64,000 bases of DNA from an uncultured Rhodospirillales bacterium. Lineage in GTDB: Bacteria > Pseudomonadota > Alphaproteobacteria > RF32 > CAG-239. The notes under the pieces were generated by a model. The model saw only the letters and a program-made list of their open reading frames with translations. It was not told the DNA's origin and did no database searches. Where the stretch lies: the NCBI GenBank assembly GCA_902763185.1, contig CACWQT010000001.1:3406-67405 (forward strand), in the 5' to 3' direction. Made by a program: the position numbers and the translations under genes. Shown one piece after another: positions 8,274-18,401 of this stretch; position 1 is the first letter of the stretch; each line of letters starts with the position of its first letter.

Positions 8274-9594
8274 ATGGGTAATATGTCTTATACCCTTCCG
8301 CTCACTCTTACACATCAAATCAAACAGATAGCCAAGCAAACAGTTCGTTCTCTCTCTGCTGTAACGTTAGCGATTCTGTTAGCAAGCCCGTCTATTGCAA
8401 ATGCGGATTACACATCGCTGCAAGAAGCGGTTGCAGGCACGACTGTTTCAAATAAAACCTACAATTTAGGTGCAAATGAGAATGTCGGTGCGGATTTAGG
8501 CTCATTAGGCGAAGGCAACCGCACAAGAAATTGCTGAACAAGCCAGCGGTCAGCATTGGGTTGGTGTTGCTGCCGGCGCTTGGGTTGATGGTCCGGAATT
8601 TGCCGATGGACTTCCTGCAAAAGATGTTGCTGACAAATTAGCTGATTTGGCACAAAATGATGCATTTGGTTTGGTTAGAGCAATTAAGACATTGGCTCCA
8701 ACTGAAACGCCTGTTGTTGAAATCAATTCAACCGAAATTACAAGCAGACTATTTAGAAGTATAGATACTTATCTCCGTGGCGAACGTGATCCTATGGGAT
8801 TTGCTTCCGGTGATGATTTAGATGGCGTCAGCATTTGGGGAACTGCTTATGTTGGAGAATCTAAAATTGGCGATCGCGGCAGAATTGCAGGATTTAATGC
8901 TGATAGTCGTGGGGTTATTTTGGGATGGGAAAAGAAACTTAATCGCTGTATGAAGGTTGGTGCCGGTCTACAATTTGATTCCACCGATATCAGTGCCTAT
9001 GGGCGCAATATTGATACAAACTCTGTTACAGGATTTGCATACAGTAATTATCAACCTAATCGTTGGTTTATTGATTGGATATTGGCATATGGCGGCTCCA
9101 ATTATGATGAGAAAAAATATGCTCTAGGCTCTCGTTATAAGGCTGAATATGATGTTCATACCGCTTCTGTTGCGATGATGACCGGTTATCAGTTTAAGTA
9201 TTTCACACCTGAGCTTGGGTTCAGATACTATCATATTAAACAAAACGCTTACCAAGACACGGCAAATCAGCAAGTTGGCGATGAAAAATTTGATCTCTTG
9301 CGTACTGTTGCTGGCGTGCGCTTTACAAAGAGTTTCGGCATGTTCCGTCCGGATATTTACTTTGGTCTCACTTATGATTTACTTAGTGATAAGGGCAATA
9401 CATCTGTTCGTTTGGCAAACGGAACCGGCTATTTTGTTCCAGGAAAGCGCTTACATCGTTTAGGATACGAAGCAAGCACGACCTTCAACGCCTATATTAC
9501 AGAACATATCAGTGCCTCTATTTCGTATATGGGAGCATATCGCAAAGATTATCAAGAACATACAGGTATGTTGAATTTAAGATATAGCTTCTAG
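8274..9594 (+). pseudogene. Autotransporter (type Va) with a very short passenger, interrupted by a frameshift near 8509-8537
   Basis: AAGGAG RBS at 8256-8261 and ATG at 8274. The signal peptide is ...AVTLAILLASPSIANA. Frame 0 stops at 8535-8537. Frame +1 is open from 8509 (AKATAQEIAEQASGQHWVGVAAGAW...) and runs into the 8647-9594 ORF, which is a beta-barrel translocator domain ending in ...LNLRYSF. The 8647 ORF alone has no signal peptide. Confidence 0.6.
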
Positions 9595-9600
9595 AAATAA

Positions 9601-9630
9601 AAAAGAGGGTGTAATCACACCCTTTTTTTA
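9601..9630. terminator. Bidirectional rho-independent terminator
   Basis: AAAAGA-GGGTGT-aatc-ACACCC-TTTTTTT between the convergent autotransporter and secF genes. Confidence 0.75.
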
Positions 9631-9651
9631 GGTTACAAACGGTTGATTTTA

Positions 9652-10587
9652 TTAACCGATAGAACCAAAGTAATTATTGTCATCTCTATGCTCTACGGCG
9701 CGTAAATCAAACAAATTTAAAAACGCGGTGCAAACATAAATAGATGAATATGTCCCGACAATCAAACCGGCTAAAATTGTAAACGAGAAGCTTTTAAGTG
9801 CATCTCCGCCCCAGAAATATAAGGGGGTTACCGCAACAAGTGTCGTAATACCGGTTAAAATTGTTCTGGAGAAAATGTCATTAATACTCTTATTTAACAA
9901 ATCTAACTGCGGCATTTTGCGATATTTCTTAAGATTTTCGCGAATACGGTCGTATGTTACTACCGTATCGTTAATTGAATAACCGACGAGGGTTAAAATC
10001 GCCGCAACTGTTGTTAAACTGAAATCAAAGTGGAAGAATGACAACAACCCCACGGTGATGATAATATCATGGAATAAACCGATTAATGCTCCAAGAGCAA
10101 ATTGCCACTCAAAACGAATCCAAATATAAATTGCAATCGCAAGCATTGCCAAACAAGATGCTACAATACCTGCGGTTTTTAATTCATCACCAACTTGCGG
10201 ACCAACGTTTTCTACACGACGGTATTCATAGCTGTTACCCAGAATTTGTTTAATATCAACAACTGCTTTGCGCGATGCTTCTTCATTGGCGTTCTCGGCT
10301 TGAGCTCTTATCATCAGTTCGTCTCCGTTCTCGCCAATGGTTTGCAGATTTAATTCATCCAACTTCAAAACACTTAATTTTGAGCGGATTTCTTCAACAT
10401 TTATCGGTCGTTCTGATTTGATTTCCATCAGCACACCGCCCGAAAAGTCAATACCGAAATTAAATCCCTTAAAATACATACTTAGACACGCCAGTATGAT
10501 GAGGGTTGCTGAAAGGGCATAGGTTACAAAACGCCCTTTCATAAAGTTGATATTGGTATCTTTAGTTATCCATTTTAACATTGTCAT
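9652..10587 (-). CDS. secF: Protein translocase subunit SecF
   Basis: SecF topology and motifs (GIDFSGG, YSINDTVVTYDRIREN). It lies immediately downstream of secD. Confidence 0.93.
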   Translation of the reverse strand: MTMLKWITKDTNINFMKGRFVTYALSATLIILACLSMYFKGFNFGIDFSGGVLMEIKSERPINVEEIRSKLSVLKLDELNLQTIGENGDELMIRAQAENANEEASRKAVVDIKQILGNSYEYRRVENVGPQVGDELKTAGIVASCLAMLAIAIYIWIRFEWQFALGALIGLFHDIIITVGLLSFFHFDFSLTTVAAILTLVGYSINDTVVTYDRIRENLKKYRKMPQLDLLNKSINDIFSRTILTGITTLVAVTPLYFWGGDALKSFSFTILAGLIVGTYSSIYVCTAFLNLFDLRAVEHRDDNNYFGSIG

Positions 10588-10605
10588 TTTCTTTATCCTC
10601 TTTCA

Positions 10606-12150
10606 TTAAATCGGTAATGCTTTGGGTTTATAGTGGTTATACCACGCGGTAATAATCAACCTGGTTACTGTCACAGATGTAAAGAGCGAAGTCGCAATAC
10701 CAACTGCTAATGTAACGGCAAATCCTCTAACCGGACCACTACCGAAATAGAATAAAACTGCAGCAGCAATTAAGGTTGTGAGGTTTGAGTCAATAATTGT
10801 TCCCCAAGCAAATGAGAAACCTGTTTCTATGGCATCTTTAATAGAACGTCCTGATTTAACTTCTTCACGCATACGCTCAAAAATCAACACATTGGCGTCT
10901 ACTGCCATGCCGATGGTTAAGATGATACCCGCAATACCCGGAAGGGTTAAGGTTGCACCGATAAGACTTAAAGCACCCAACATCAAGAACAAGTTTAAGA
11001 ATACCGTAATTGATGTAAATAGTCCAAACAAGCCATACGCTAAAAGCAAGAAAATCAAAACGCCGGCAAATCCGATAAGTGAGGCAAAAACGCCAGCCTT
11101 AATGGAGTCAGCACCTAATCCTGCGCCAACCGTTCTTTCTTCTAAGATATTCAACGGCGCAGGTAAAGCACCGGAACGAAGCAACAAGGCCAATTCTTGT
11201 GCGCTTTCCGAGCTATAGTTACCTGTAATCACACCAGAACCGCCGGTAATTGCTGACTGAATTGTCGGAGCAGAAATAACTTCATCATCCAAAACAATGG
11301 CCAATTGTTCACCAACATGATCTTTGGTAACATCGCCAAACTTTTTAGCACCTAAATTATTAAATTTGAAGCTAACTGCGGCAGCGCCATCTTGGAAAGA
11401 TACACCGGCATCAGTTAATGTTTCACCGCCAACAGCCGGTCTTTTGATGATGACGTATTGTTCGCCGCCGGAACCTCTGATAATGCGAGATGACGATTTT
11501 AACTTACCGCGTTTTGCCTCAGCAACCGTTGTAGAGCTATCAACAAGGTGGAAAGTCATTTTTGCGGTTTTACCTAACAGAACTTTAACTTCTTCAGGAT
11601 TTTGCACACCAGGTAATTGAACAAGAATACGGCCAGAACCTTGACTTTGAATAATCGGCTCATTAGTGCCATATTCATCAATACGCTTACGAACAATCTC
11701 AATAGATTGATCAACCAGTTTGGCTTTGATATTGTTTAATGACATTTCATCATAATTTACCACCAAAACGCCGTCTTGCTCTGTTACTTTCAAGCCTTCA
11801 TCCATTTTTCTTAAAGGTGTAATTGCTTTACTTCTGGCATTAGCATCGTCAATTTTCACCTTTAAACCATCAGCATCAGAACTGATTTTTTGATAGCGAA
11901 CACGAACATCTTTTAAGGCAGCACGAGCAGAATCTTCTAAGCTCTGCATTCTGTCTTTAAGAGCTGCAGAAATATCTACTTCTAGCAAAAGGCTTGATCC
12001 ACCTTGAAGGTCTAAACCTAAATTAACAGGTTGCCACCAAGAAGGTAAAGTTGTTTTAGGATTTTTAACGAAGTTTGGAACGGCATAAAACACGCCGATT
12101 AAACAAACCGCTAAAATCATAATTATTCTTTGTAATGATAGTTTATACAT
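10606..12150 (-). CDS. secD: Protein translocase subunit SecD
   Basis: LGLDLQGG motif, a large periplasmic domain, and a C-terminal 6-TM region with GMAVDANVLIFERMREE. Confidence 0.94.
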   Translation of the reverse strand: MYKLSLQRIIMILAVCLIGVFYAVPNFVKNPKTTLPSWWQPVNLGLDLQGGSSLLLEVDISAALKDRMQSLEDSARAALKDVRVRYQKISSDADGLKVKIDDANARSKAITPLRKMDEGLKVTEQDGVLVVNYDEMSLNNIKAKLVDQSIEIVRKRIDEYGTNEPIIQSQGSGRILVQLPGVQNPEEVKVLLGKTAKMTFHLVDSSTTVAEAKRGKLKSSSRIIRGSGGEQYVIIKRPAVGGETLTDAGVSFQDGAAAVSFKFNNLGAKKFGDVTKDHVGEQLAIVLDDEVISAPTIQSAITGGSGVITGNYSSESAQELALLLRSGALPAPLNILEERTVGAGLGADSIKAGVFASLIGFAGVLIFLLLAYGLFGLFTSITVFLNLFLMLGALSLIGATLTLPGIAGIILTIGMAVDANVLIFERMREEVKSGRSIKDAIETGFSFAWGTIIDSNLTTLIAAAVLFYFGSGPVRGFAVTLAVGIATSLFTSVTVTRLIITAWYNHYKPKALPI

Positions 12151-12168
12151 TGAACTCTCTCTTTTTAA

Positions 12169-12516
12169 TTAGTCTTTTTTAACAGGGGTTTTAGATATTT
12201 TTTCACGCACACTACTGCGAGAGACTTTAACTTCCACACCTTTAGCGATTTCAACCATTAAAGTATCTGCGTCAGCTTTAACCACGCGTCCATATACGCC
12301 ACCGCCAGTTATGATTTCATCTCTTAAATCAATAGCTTTTAGCATATTATCGCGTTCTTCTTCTTTCTTTTTCATCGGACGAATCAGCAAAATATAGAAG
12401 ATACCAAAAACAAGGATTAATTGAATAAGAAACCCTGTCATCGGACTGGCTTCCACTGCCGGAGCGGCCGCCTCAGTTGCTGCAATAGCTTCTGTGATAA
12501 ACATATTTTTCTCCAT
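12169..12516 (-). CDS. yajC: Preprotein translocase subunit YajC
   Basis: Single TM helix followed by RPMKKKEEER...GGVYGRV, in yajC-secD-secF order. Confidence 0.88.
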   Translation of the reverse strand: MEKNMFITEAIAATEAAAPAVEASPMTGFLIQLILVFGIFYILLIRPMKKKEEERDNMLKAIDLRDEIITGGGVYGRVVKADADTLMVEIAKGVEVKVSRSSVREKISKTPVKKD

Positions 12517-12634
12517 TAAAATTAAATTTGTGGCTGAAGTTTAAGGCAAAAAATAAGCTGTTACAACAGAAAACTCTGAGATTTACCACGAAAATTTGCT
12601 TTTATGGGCTTAAAAATTGTTTTATTTAAATATG

Positions 12635-13558
12635 TTATGGGAGATAGGCGCGCGGATTGACTGCCTTTTTGCCGGCACGAACTTCAAAATGCAGTTGCGG
12701 TGTATTGACACTGCCGGTGGTGCCAACGGTCGCAATTTTTTCACCACGTAAAACCTTTTGCCCCTTTTTAACATATAATTTGGCATTATGTGCGTAGGCT
12801 GTGATGTAGCCGTCAGCATGCTTGATTAAAACCAAATTACCAAACCCTTTCAACTCATTTCCGGCATAAGCAACCACACCTTTATCGGCAGCTTTTACAT
12901 TGGTACCCAATGCCGCTTTAATATTTATGCCGTCGTTACGTCTGCCTTTGCCTGCCCAGCCAAAATTTGAAACAACCGAGCCATTAACCGGCCAAATAAA
13001 TTTGTTTTTACGATATGCTGATACGGTTTTAACCGTTGAAGATTGAGTTGCCTGTTTATTGCTCGTGGCAACTTTAGTATTGTTTCCTTTATTGGTTGTT
13101 GTGGGCGCGACTGGTTTAGAAGAGGTATTAGATGCATATGCTTTTGAGGCGGATTGATGTCCTGACAAGCCATCAGGCAAAGCCAGCTCTTGTCCAACTT
13201 TTACAATATATGGAGCTTTTATATTATTTATTTGCGCCAAAGTTTTAACATCCACATGGTTTTTCCTGGCAATTCCATAAAGTGTATCCCCTTTGGCAAC
13301 GATGTAGGTTGAATTTCCCGGCAATCTTAAAATTTGTCCGACATTTAAGGTGTAGGGCTCTGATAAATCGTTTTCCTCGATCAAATCCAACATGGAAACA
13401 TCGTATTTTTTTGATATGCTATAAAGCGTATCGCCTCTTTTAACTTCTACCTTATTTGCGCCATAGTTGTCACTACCAAACCACGGAAATCCTCCGTGTC
13501 TGGCATAGCAACCCGTCATAAGCGGCAATAAAAGTATTATCGTTAAAATCTTTTTCAT
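12635..13558 (-). CDS. LysM-domain / M23-peptidase-family lipoprotein (NlpD-like)
   Basis: Lipobox LLPLMTGC, two LysM repeats (VKRGDTLYSISKKY..., VAKGDTLYGIARKN...), and a C-terminal M23 domain (FGNLVLIKHADGYITAYAHN...PQLHFEVR). The HxxxD metal site appears degenerate (NDGINI), as in NlpD-type activators. The ORF extends to 13579. The ATG at 13558 (MKKILT...) fits the signal peptide. Confidence 0.85.
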   Translation of the reverse strand: MKKILTIILLLPLMTGCYARHGGFPWFGSDNYGANKVEVKRGDTLYSISKKYDVSMLDLIEENDLSEPYTLNVGQILRLPGNSTYIVAKGDTLYGIARKNHVDVKTLAQINNIKAPYIVKVGQELALPDGLSGHQSASKAYASNTSSKPVAPTTTNKGNNTKVATSNKQATQSSTVKTVSAYRKNKFIWPVNGSVVSNFGWAGKGRRNDGINIKAALGTNVKAADKGVVAYAGNELKGFGNLVLIKHADGYITAYAHNAKLYVKKGQKVLRGEKIATVGTTGSVNTPQLHFEVRAGKKAVNPRAYLP

Positions 13559-13690
13559 AGCCATTCCTCTAATTAGCATTTTGATTATAAACCAAAATAA
13601 CTAAAGATTCGTTAAATTGGCGATATAACGGGCTTGATTTTTAGAACTTCATGGCTTATAAATGCACTAAATTTAAAAGAGGTTAAGGAT

Positions 13691-15136
13691 ATGAGTAACA
13701 AACCACAAATTGAAGATGAAAGCGGTGATAAATATAAATTCGGCTTTATAACCGATATTGCCGCCGATGTCGCACCCAAAGGTTTAAGTGAAGATATTAT
13801 CCGCCTTATTTCAAAAAAGAAAAATGAACCAGATTGGCTTTTAGACTCAAGGCTTAGGGCTTATCGCCATTGGTTGACAATGACCGAGCCGACATGGGCA
13901 AAAGTAACCTATGATAAGATTGATTATCAGGATTTATACTATTATTCCGCCCCAAAACAGATCGTTAAGCCCAAGAGCCTTGACGAAGTAGACCCAAAAA
14001 TATTAGAAACATACAATAAATTGGGAATTCCCCTAAAAGAACAAGAAGCTCTTGCCGGCGTGGTAGCAGTTGATGCGGTGTTTGACAGTGTGTCGGTCGC
14101 AACTACTTATAAAGCACAGCTTAAAAAACAAGGAATTATCTTTTGTTCCATATCCGAGGCGGTTAAAGATTATCCCGATTTAGTGAAGCAATATCTTGGC
14201 TCGGTGGTGCCTTATACAGATAACTTTTTTGCTGCGCTTAATTCAGCGGTTTTTACCGACGGCTCGTTTGTGTATATACCCAAAGGCGTTAAATGCCCGA
14301 TGGAACTTTCCACCTATTTTAGGATTAATGCGCAAAATACCGGACAGTTTGAGCGCACATTGATTGTGGCTGATGAAGAGAGTTATGTTTCGTATCTTGA
14401 GGGGTGCACTGCCCCGCAAAGAGATGAAAACCAGCTTCATGCGGCAATTGTTGAGATTGTTGTTAAAAAAGATGCGGAAGTAAAGTATTCCACCGTGCAA
14501 AACTGGTATCCGGGGGATAAAGACGGCAAAGGTGGCGTATATAATTTCGTAACTAAACGCGCACTTTGTGACGGCGAAAATGCCAAAGTTTCGTGGACAC
14601 AAGTGGAAACAGGCTCTGCCGTTACTTGGAAATATCCATCGTGCGTCTTAAAGGGTGATAACTCTAAAGGTGAATTTTATTCAGTGGCCCTCACAAACAA
14701 TCATCAGCAGGCTGACACCGGCACAAAGATGATACATTTGGGCAAAAACACAACATCAAGGATTATCTCTAAAGGTATTTCTGCCGGATTTTCTGATCAG
14801 ACTTATCGTGGGCTGGTTAAAGTCGGCAAAAATGCGACAGGTGCGCGTAATTATTCGCAATGTGACAGCCTACTTATCGGGCAAACTTGCGGATCGCACA
14901 CTGTTCCGTATATAGAAAATGCCTGTAAATCTGCCATTTTGGAGCATGAGGCGACAACCTCAAAAATCAGCGATGAACAGTTGTTTTATTGCAAACAGCG
15001 GGGCCTTTCAGAAGAAGATGCCGTTAGCCTTATCGTCAACGGTTTTTGCAAAGAAGTGATGCAAAAGTTACCGATGGAATTTGCCATTGAAGCGGCAAAG
15101 CTGATAGATATATCGCTTGAAGGAAGTGTCGGTTAG
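13691..15136 (+). CDS. sufB: Fe-S cluster assembly scaffold protein SufB
   Basis: Full-length SufB-like sequence (...[21 protein letters not shown]...[19 protein letters not shown]...). The ATG at 13691 is preceded by AAGAGG. The ORF track starts earlier, at a TTG at 13634. Confidence 0.93.
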   Translation: MSNKPQIEDESGDKYKFGFITDIAADVAPKGLSEDIIRLISKKKNEPDWLLDSRLRAYRHWLTMTEPTWAKVTYDKIDYQDLYYYSAPKQIVKPKSLDEVDPKILETYNKLGIPLKEQEALAGVVAVDAVFDSVSVATTYKAQLKKQGIIFCSISEAVKDYPDLVKQYLGSVVPYTDNFFAALNSAVFTDGSFVYIPKGVKCPMELSTYFRINAQNTGQFERTLIVADEESYVSYLEGCTAPQRDENQLHAAIVEIVVKKDAEVKYSTVQNWYPGDKDGKGGVYNFVTKRALCDGENAKVSWTQVETGSAVTWKYPSCVLKGDNSKGEFYSVALTNNHQQADTGTKMIHLGKNTTSRIISKGISAGFSDQTYRGLVKVGKNATGARNYSQCDSLLIGQTCGSHTVPYIENACKSAILEHEATTSKISDEQLFYCKQRGLSEEDAVSLIVNGFCKEVMQKLPMEFAIEAAKLIDISLEGSVG

Positions 15137-15269
15137 TTTCAAGGGCAAAATTTTGGTTAATGGTTTTTATTAAATAGAATCTATTTGCTTTTTAAAATCA
15201 GCTCGTTTAAGCTTGCGGCTGAAATTTATTACTATCTCTATATATGTTAAATTAAAAAAATTATTATTT

Positions 15270-15884
15270 ATGAACTCAGAAACAAAAACTTTAATTTTTA
15301 CTGGCAAGCACTTCAAAGACGAAGAAGTGTGTGATTATCTCATTCAGCATGACTACAAACTGCCTTTACCCCTGCTCTATCTTACAAAAGATGGGGGGCT
15401 GATAACCAGAGATTTTGAACCAACAAAGAAAGATAAACTGACTGCAATCTTGCTTGATGAAAATACAGTTGTTTATTTGAGAGCACTAAATAAGGAAATT
15501 TTCATGTTGATGTATGAAAATATGCCTGTTTATGATGTGTCGGAAATTAATGTTCAGGCTTGGGTCAAAAGTCAATTTACCAATTTTTTAAATGTGCGTG
15601 CTGCATCGGAAAAAGACATCGAATTGCTCGAAAAAAAGCGCTCTGATTTTTTTATCACTTTAGAGTGTCTGAGGCATTTTCATGTTGATGTTCCTAATCT
15701 TTCGCGCGGTTATCTCGGATGGATTGATAAAGGTGCCCACAATATCAGACACAGTCACGGTGAAGCGAGAATCTATTATTATCTCGAACATAATGGCGAC
15801 CTGCTCATATTTTCTAATTATTCGGAAAATGAACTGGTTAAGGCGGCTGTTCGTCATGACTTCTTTCAATCCGCAGAGCAATAG
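15270..15884 (+). CDS. Hypothetical protein (about 204 aa, no recognisable family)
   Basis: Intact ORF with its own terminator. It starts at the ATG at 15270 (MNSETKTLIF...). No signal peptide, TM helix or motif that I recognise. Confidence 0.5.
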   Translation: MNSETKTLIFTGKHFKDEEVCDYLIQHDYKLPLPLLYLTKDGGLITRDFEPTKKDKLTAILLDENTVVYLRALNKEIFMLMYENMPVYDVSEINVQAWVKSQFTNFLNVRAASEKDIELLEKKRSDFFITLECLRHFHVDVPNLSRGYLGWIDKGAHNIRHSHGEARIYYYLEHNGDLLIFSNYSENELVKAAVRHDFFQSAEQ

Positions 15885-15899
15885 CTTTGCGGATTTTTT
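15868..15899 (+). terminator. Rho-independent terminator
   Basis: AATCCGCAGAG-caatag-CTTTGCGGATT followed by TTTT. The stop codon lies in the loop. Confidence 0.65.
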
Positions 15900-15936
15900 A
15901 TGCCTTTAACTCCATCTTTAACCTTAAAAAGTTATT

Positions 15937-18387
15937 CTATTTGCCGTTATCAATAACCTTTATTGCGTCGTCTAATGTGATTTCACCACCGCGGAGACCT
16001 GCCGGAATCCGATAATTAGTATTACCGCATTTGATGTATTGACCATAACGCCCGACGGCTAATTGAACTTCTTGCTTTAGGCGCGGATGAATACCCAAAA
16101 CCTTTGATTCTGCTTTTGGTTTGGCTCCTTTAAGCAATTCTTCAGCATGCTCTTTGGTGATATTAAAGATATTATCGCTACCTGTTAAAGAGCAAGATTT
16201 GTTGTCTTGTTTAATATATTGCCCAAATTTACCGATGTTAACCGTTATACCGTCACCCAAGTCATAAGGTAAAGAGGCTAATCTTTCTGCCTCGGCAAAG
16301 GTAACTTCTTCCGGATTTAAAAACTTCGGCAAAGCAATGCGCTTAGGCTTTTCGGTGGTTGCCGTTGCATCTTCGCCTAATTGAATATAAAAACCGTAAG
16401 GACCTTTTTTAAGATAGACGTTTAAGCCGTCATGTGTGCCTAAGAGCTTATCTTCGGGAGCCGGTGCACGCTCGGTTGATTGTTCTTCTTCGTCTTTAAT
16501 ATCCATTAAAGGTTTAGTGTATTTGCACTCCGGATAATTGGAGCAACCTAGAAATGCACCAAACTTACCGAGTTTTATGCTTAAATGACCTTTATGGCAC
16601 TCCGGACATTCGCGCGGATCAGAGCCATCTTCTTTTGCCGGAAACAGGTGATATGATAAAACTTCATCTATTTTATCAATAACTTCGCTTACCTGTAAGG
16701 GCTGAACTGCTTGAATGTTTTTGAAGAATTTAACCCAGAAACCGGATAAGAGCTTTTTCCATTCCATTTCGCCTGCGGAGACATCATCCAAAAATTCTTC
16801 CATTTGCGCGGTAAAATCATATTCTACATATTTCTTAAAGAAGTTCTCTAAGAATATAGTCACAATACGTCCCCTATCCTCAGGAATAAAGCGCATTTTA
16901 TCTACTTTAACATATTTACGCTCTTGTAACACGGCAATAATGGATGCATATGTTGACGGACGTCCGATGCCAAGCTCTTCCAGCTTTTTAACAAGACTTG
17001 CTTCGGTAAAGCGCGGCGGCGGTGTGGTAAAGTGTTGTTCAGGTTTAATTGCCTTTTTTGAAACATCTTCACCCTCTTTTACATTCGGCAAAACGCGATT
17101 ATCTTCGTCTTCTTCATCATCTTTGCCTTCTTGGTATAATTTCAAGAAGCCGTCAAAGGCAATAACCTGCCCATTGGCACGGAGTAAAATCTTTTTATCT
17201 TGAGATAGCGAATCTATGACTACTCTATCTAAAACAGCCGGTTCCATTTGACAGGCGACAGTGCGCTTCCAGATCAATTCATAGAGCTTATGCGAATCGG
17301 AATCCAGCTTCTCTTCCAGTTTCTTTGGCGTATTCATCACATCTGCCGGACGAATCGCCTCATGGGCTTCTTGCGCATTTTTAGATTTGGTCTTGTATTC
17401 CTTAGGAGTTTTAGGCAAATACTGCTCACCAAAATATTTAACAATCGCCTCGCGACAAGCGGCAATCGCCTCTTCTGATAAGTTAACTGCGTCCGTTCTC
17501 ATATAGGTAATAAGGCCGGATTCATAAAGTTTTTGAGCCACCTGCATGGTCTTTTTGGCAGGAAAACGCAACTTACGTGCCGCTTCCTGTTGGAGAGTTG
17601 AAGTGGTAAACGGCGGCGCCGGATAACGATTGGCTTTTTTACGTTCAATCTTTGAGATTTGGAATTCTTGAGCCTCAATTTTTACCTTAGCGTCTTCTGC
17701 CTTTTCTTTGGTATTGATATCAAATTTATCTAACTTCTTACCGTCAAGATTAATTAAGTGTGACGGTATCAGCGAATCGTCTTTGGTTGCTAAGTCAACA
17801 TCAATGGTCCAATATTCTTCGGGTTTGAACTTCTCTATTTCCATTTCGCGTTCGCAAATCAAACGCAAAGCAACGGATTGCACGCGACCGGCTGATTTGG
17901 AACCGGGGAGTTTGCGCCACAAAACCGGTGACAAGGTAAAGCCTACTAAATAATCCAATGCTCGGCGCGCCATATATGCTGAAACCAAATTATCATCAAT
18001 CTGGCGCGGATTTTTAATCGCCTCGGTAACGGCTTTTTTGGTAATTTCATGAAAGACGACGCGCTCAATCTTTTTATCTTTTAATTTCTTTTTTGATGAC
18101 AGTTCTTCCAAAATATGCCAAGCGATGGCTTCTCCTTCTCTATCCGGGTCGGAGGCGAGGACTAACGTGTCACAATCTTTTAGAGCGGTTATGATGTCGT
18201 TTAAGCGTTTTTTGCCGCCGGAACTCAATTCCCAAACCATTTTAAAATCTTCATCAGGAGAAACAGAGCCGTCTTTGCTCGGTAAATCGCGAATATGCCC
18301 GTAACTTGCCAAAACCTTATAGTCTTTACCTAAGTATTTATTTATCGTTTTGGCTTTAGCAGGAGATTCAACAACAACTAATTTCAT
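15937..18387 (-). CDS. topA: DNA topoisomerase I
   Basis: TOPRIM N-terminus MKLVVVESPAKAKTINKYLG, the active-site region, and C-terminal zinc-ribbon motifs (CPECHKGHL...GCSNYPECKY). Confidence 0.95.
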   Translation of the reverse strand: MKLVVVESPAKAKTINKYLGKDYKVLASYGHIRDLPSKDGSVSPDEDFKMVWELSSGGKKRLNDIITALKDCDTLVLASDPDREGEAIAWHILEELSSKKKLKDKKIERVVFHEITKKAVTEAIKNPRQIDDNLVSAYMARRALDYLVGFTLSPVLWRKLPGSKSAGRVQSVALRLICEREMEIEKFKPEEYWTIDVDLATKDDSLIPSHLINLDGKKLDKFDINTKEKAEDAKVKIEAQEFQISKIERKKANRYPAPPFTTSTLQQEAARKLRFPAKKTMQVAQKLYESGLITYMRTDAVNLSEEAIAACREAIVKYFGEQYLPKTPKEYKTKSKNAQEAHEAIRPADVMNTPKKLEEKLDSDSHKLYELIWKRTVACQMEPAVLDRVVIDSLSQDKKILLRANGQVIAFDGFLKLYQEGKDDEEDEDNRVLPNVKEGEDVSKKAIKPEQHFTTPPPRFTEASLVKKLEELGIGRPSTYASIIAVLQERKYVKVDKMRFIPEDRGRIVTIFLENFFKKYVEYDFTAQMEEFLDDVSAGEMEWKKLLSGFWVKFFKNIQAVQPLQVSEVIDKIDEVLSYHLFPAKEDGSDPRECPECHKGHLSIKLGKFGAFLGCSNYPECKYTKPLMDIKDEEEQSTERAPAPEDKLLGTHDGLNVYLKKGPYGFYIQLGEDATATTEKPKRIALPKFLNPEEVTFAEAERLASLPYDLGDGITVNIGKFGQYIKQDNKSCSLTGSDNIFNITKEHAEELLKGAKPKAESKVLGIHPRLKQEVQLAVGRYGQYIKCGNTNYRIPAGLRGGEITLDDAIKVIDNGK

Positions 18388-18401
18388 ATCATACCCTCGT
18401 T

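Noticed and set aside
8459-8665. 68-aa minus-strand ORF across the autotransporter frameshift region
   Set aside because: It is antisense to a region that reads as continuous autotransporter sequence in two plus-strand frames, and its Gln/His/Pro-rich translation looks non-biological.
12622-13197. ORFs 12622-12819 and 12925-13197 overlapping the NlpD-like gene
   Set aside because: They are alternative frames of a gene with clear LysM and M23 motifs, and nothing supports them independently.
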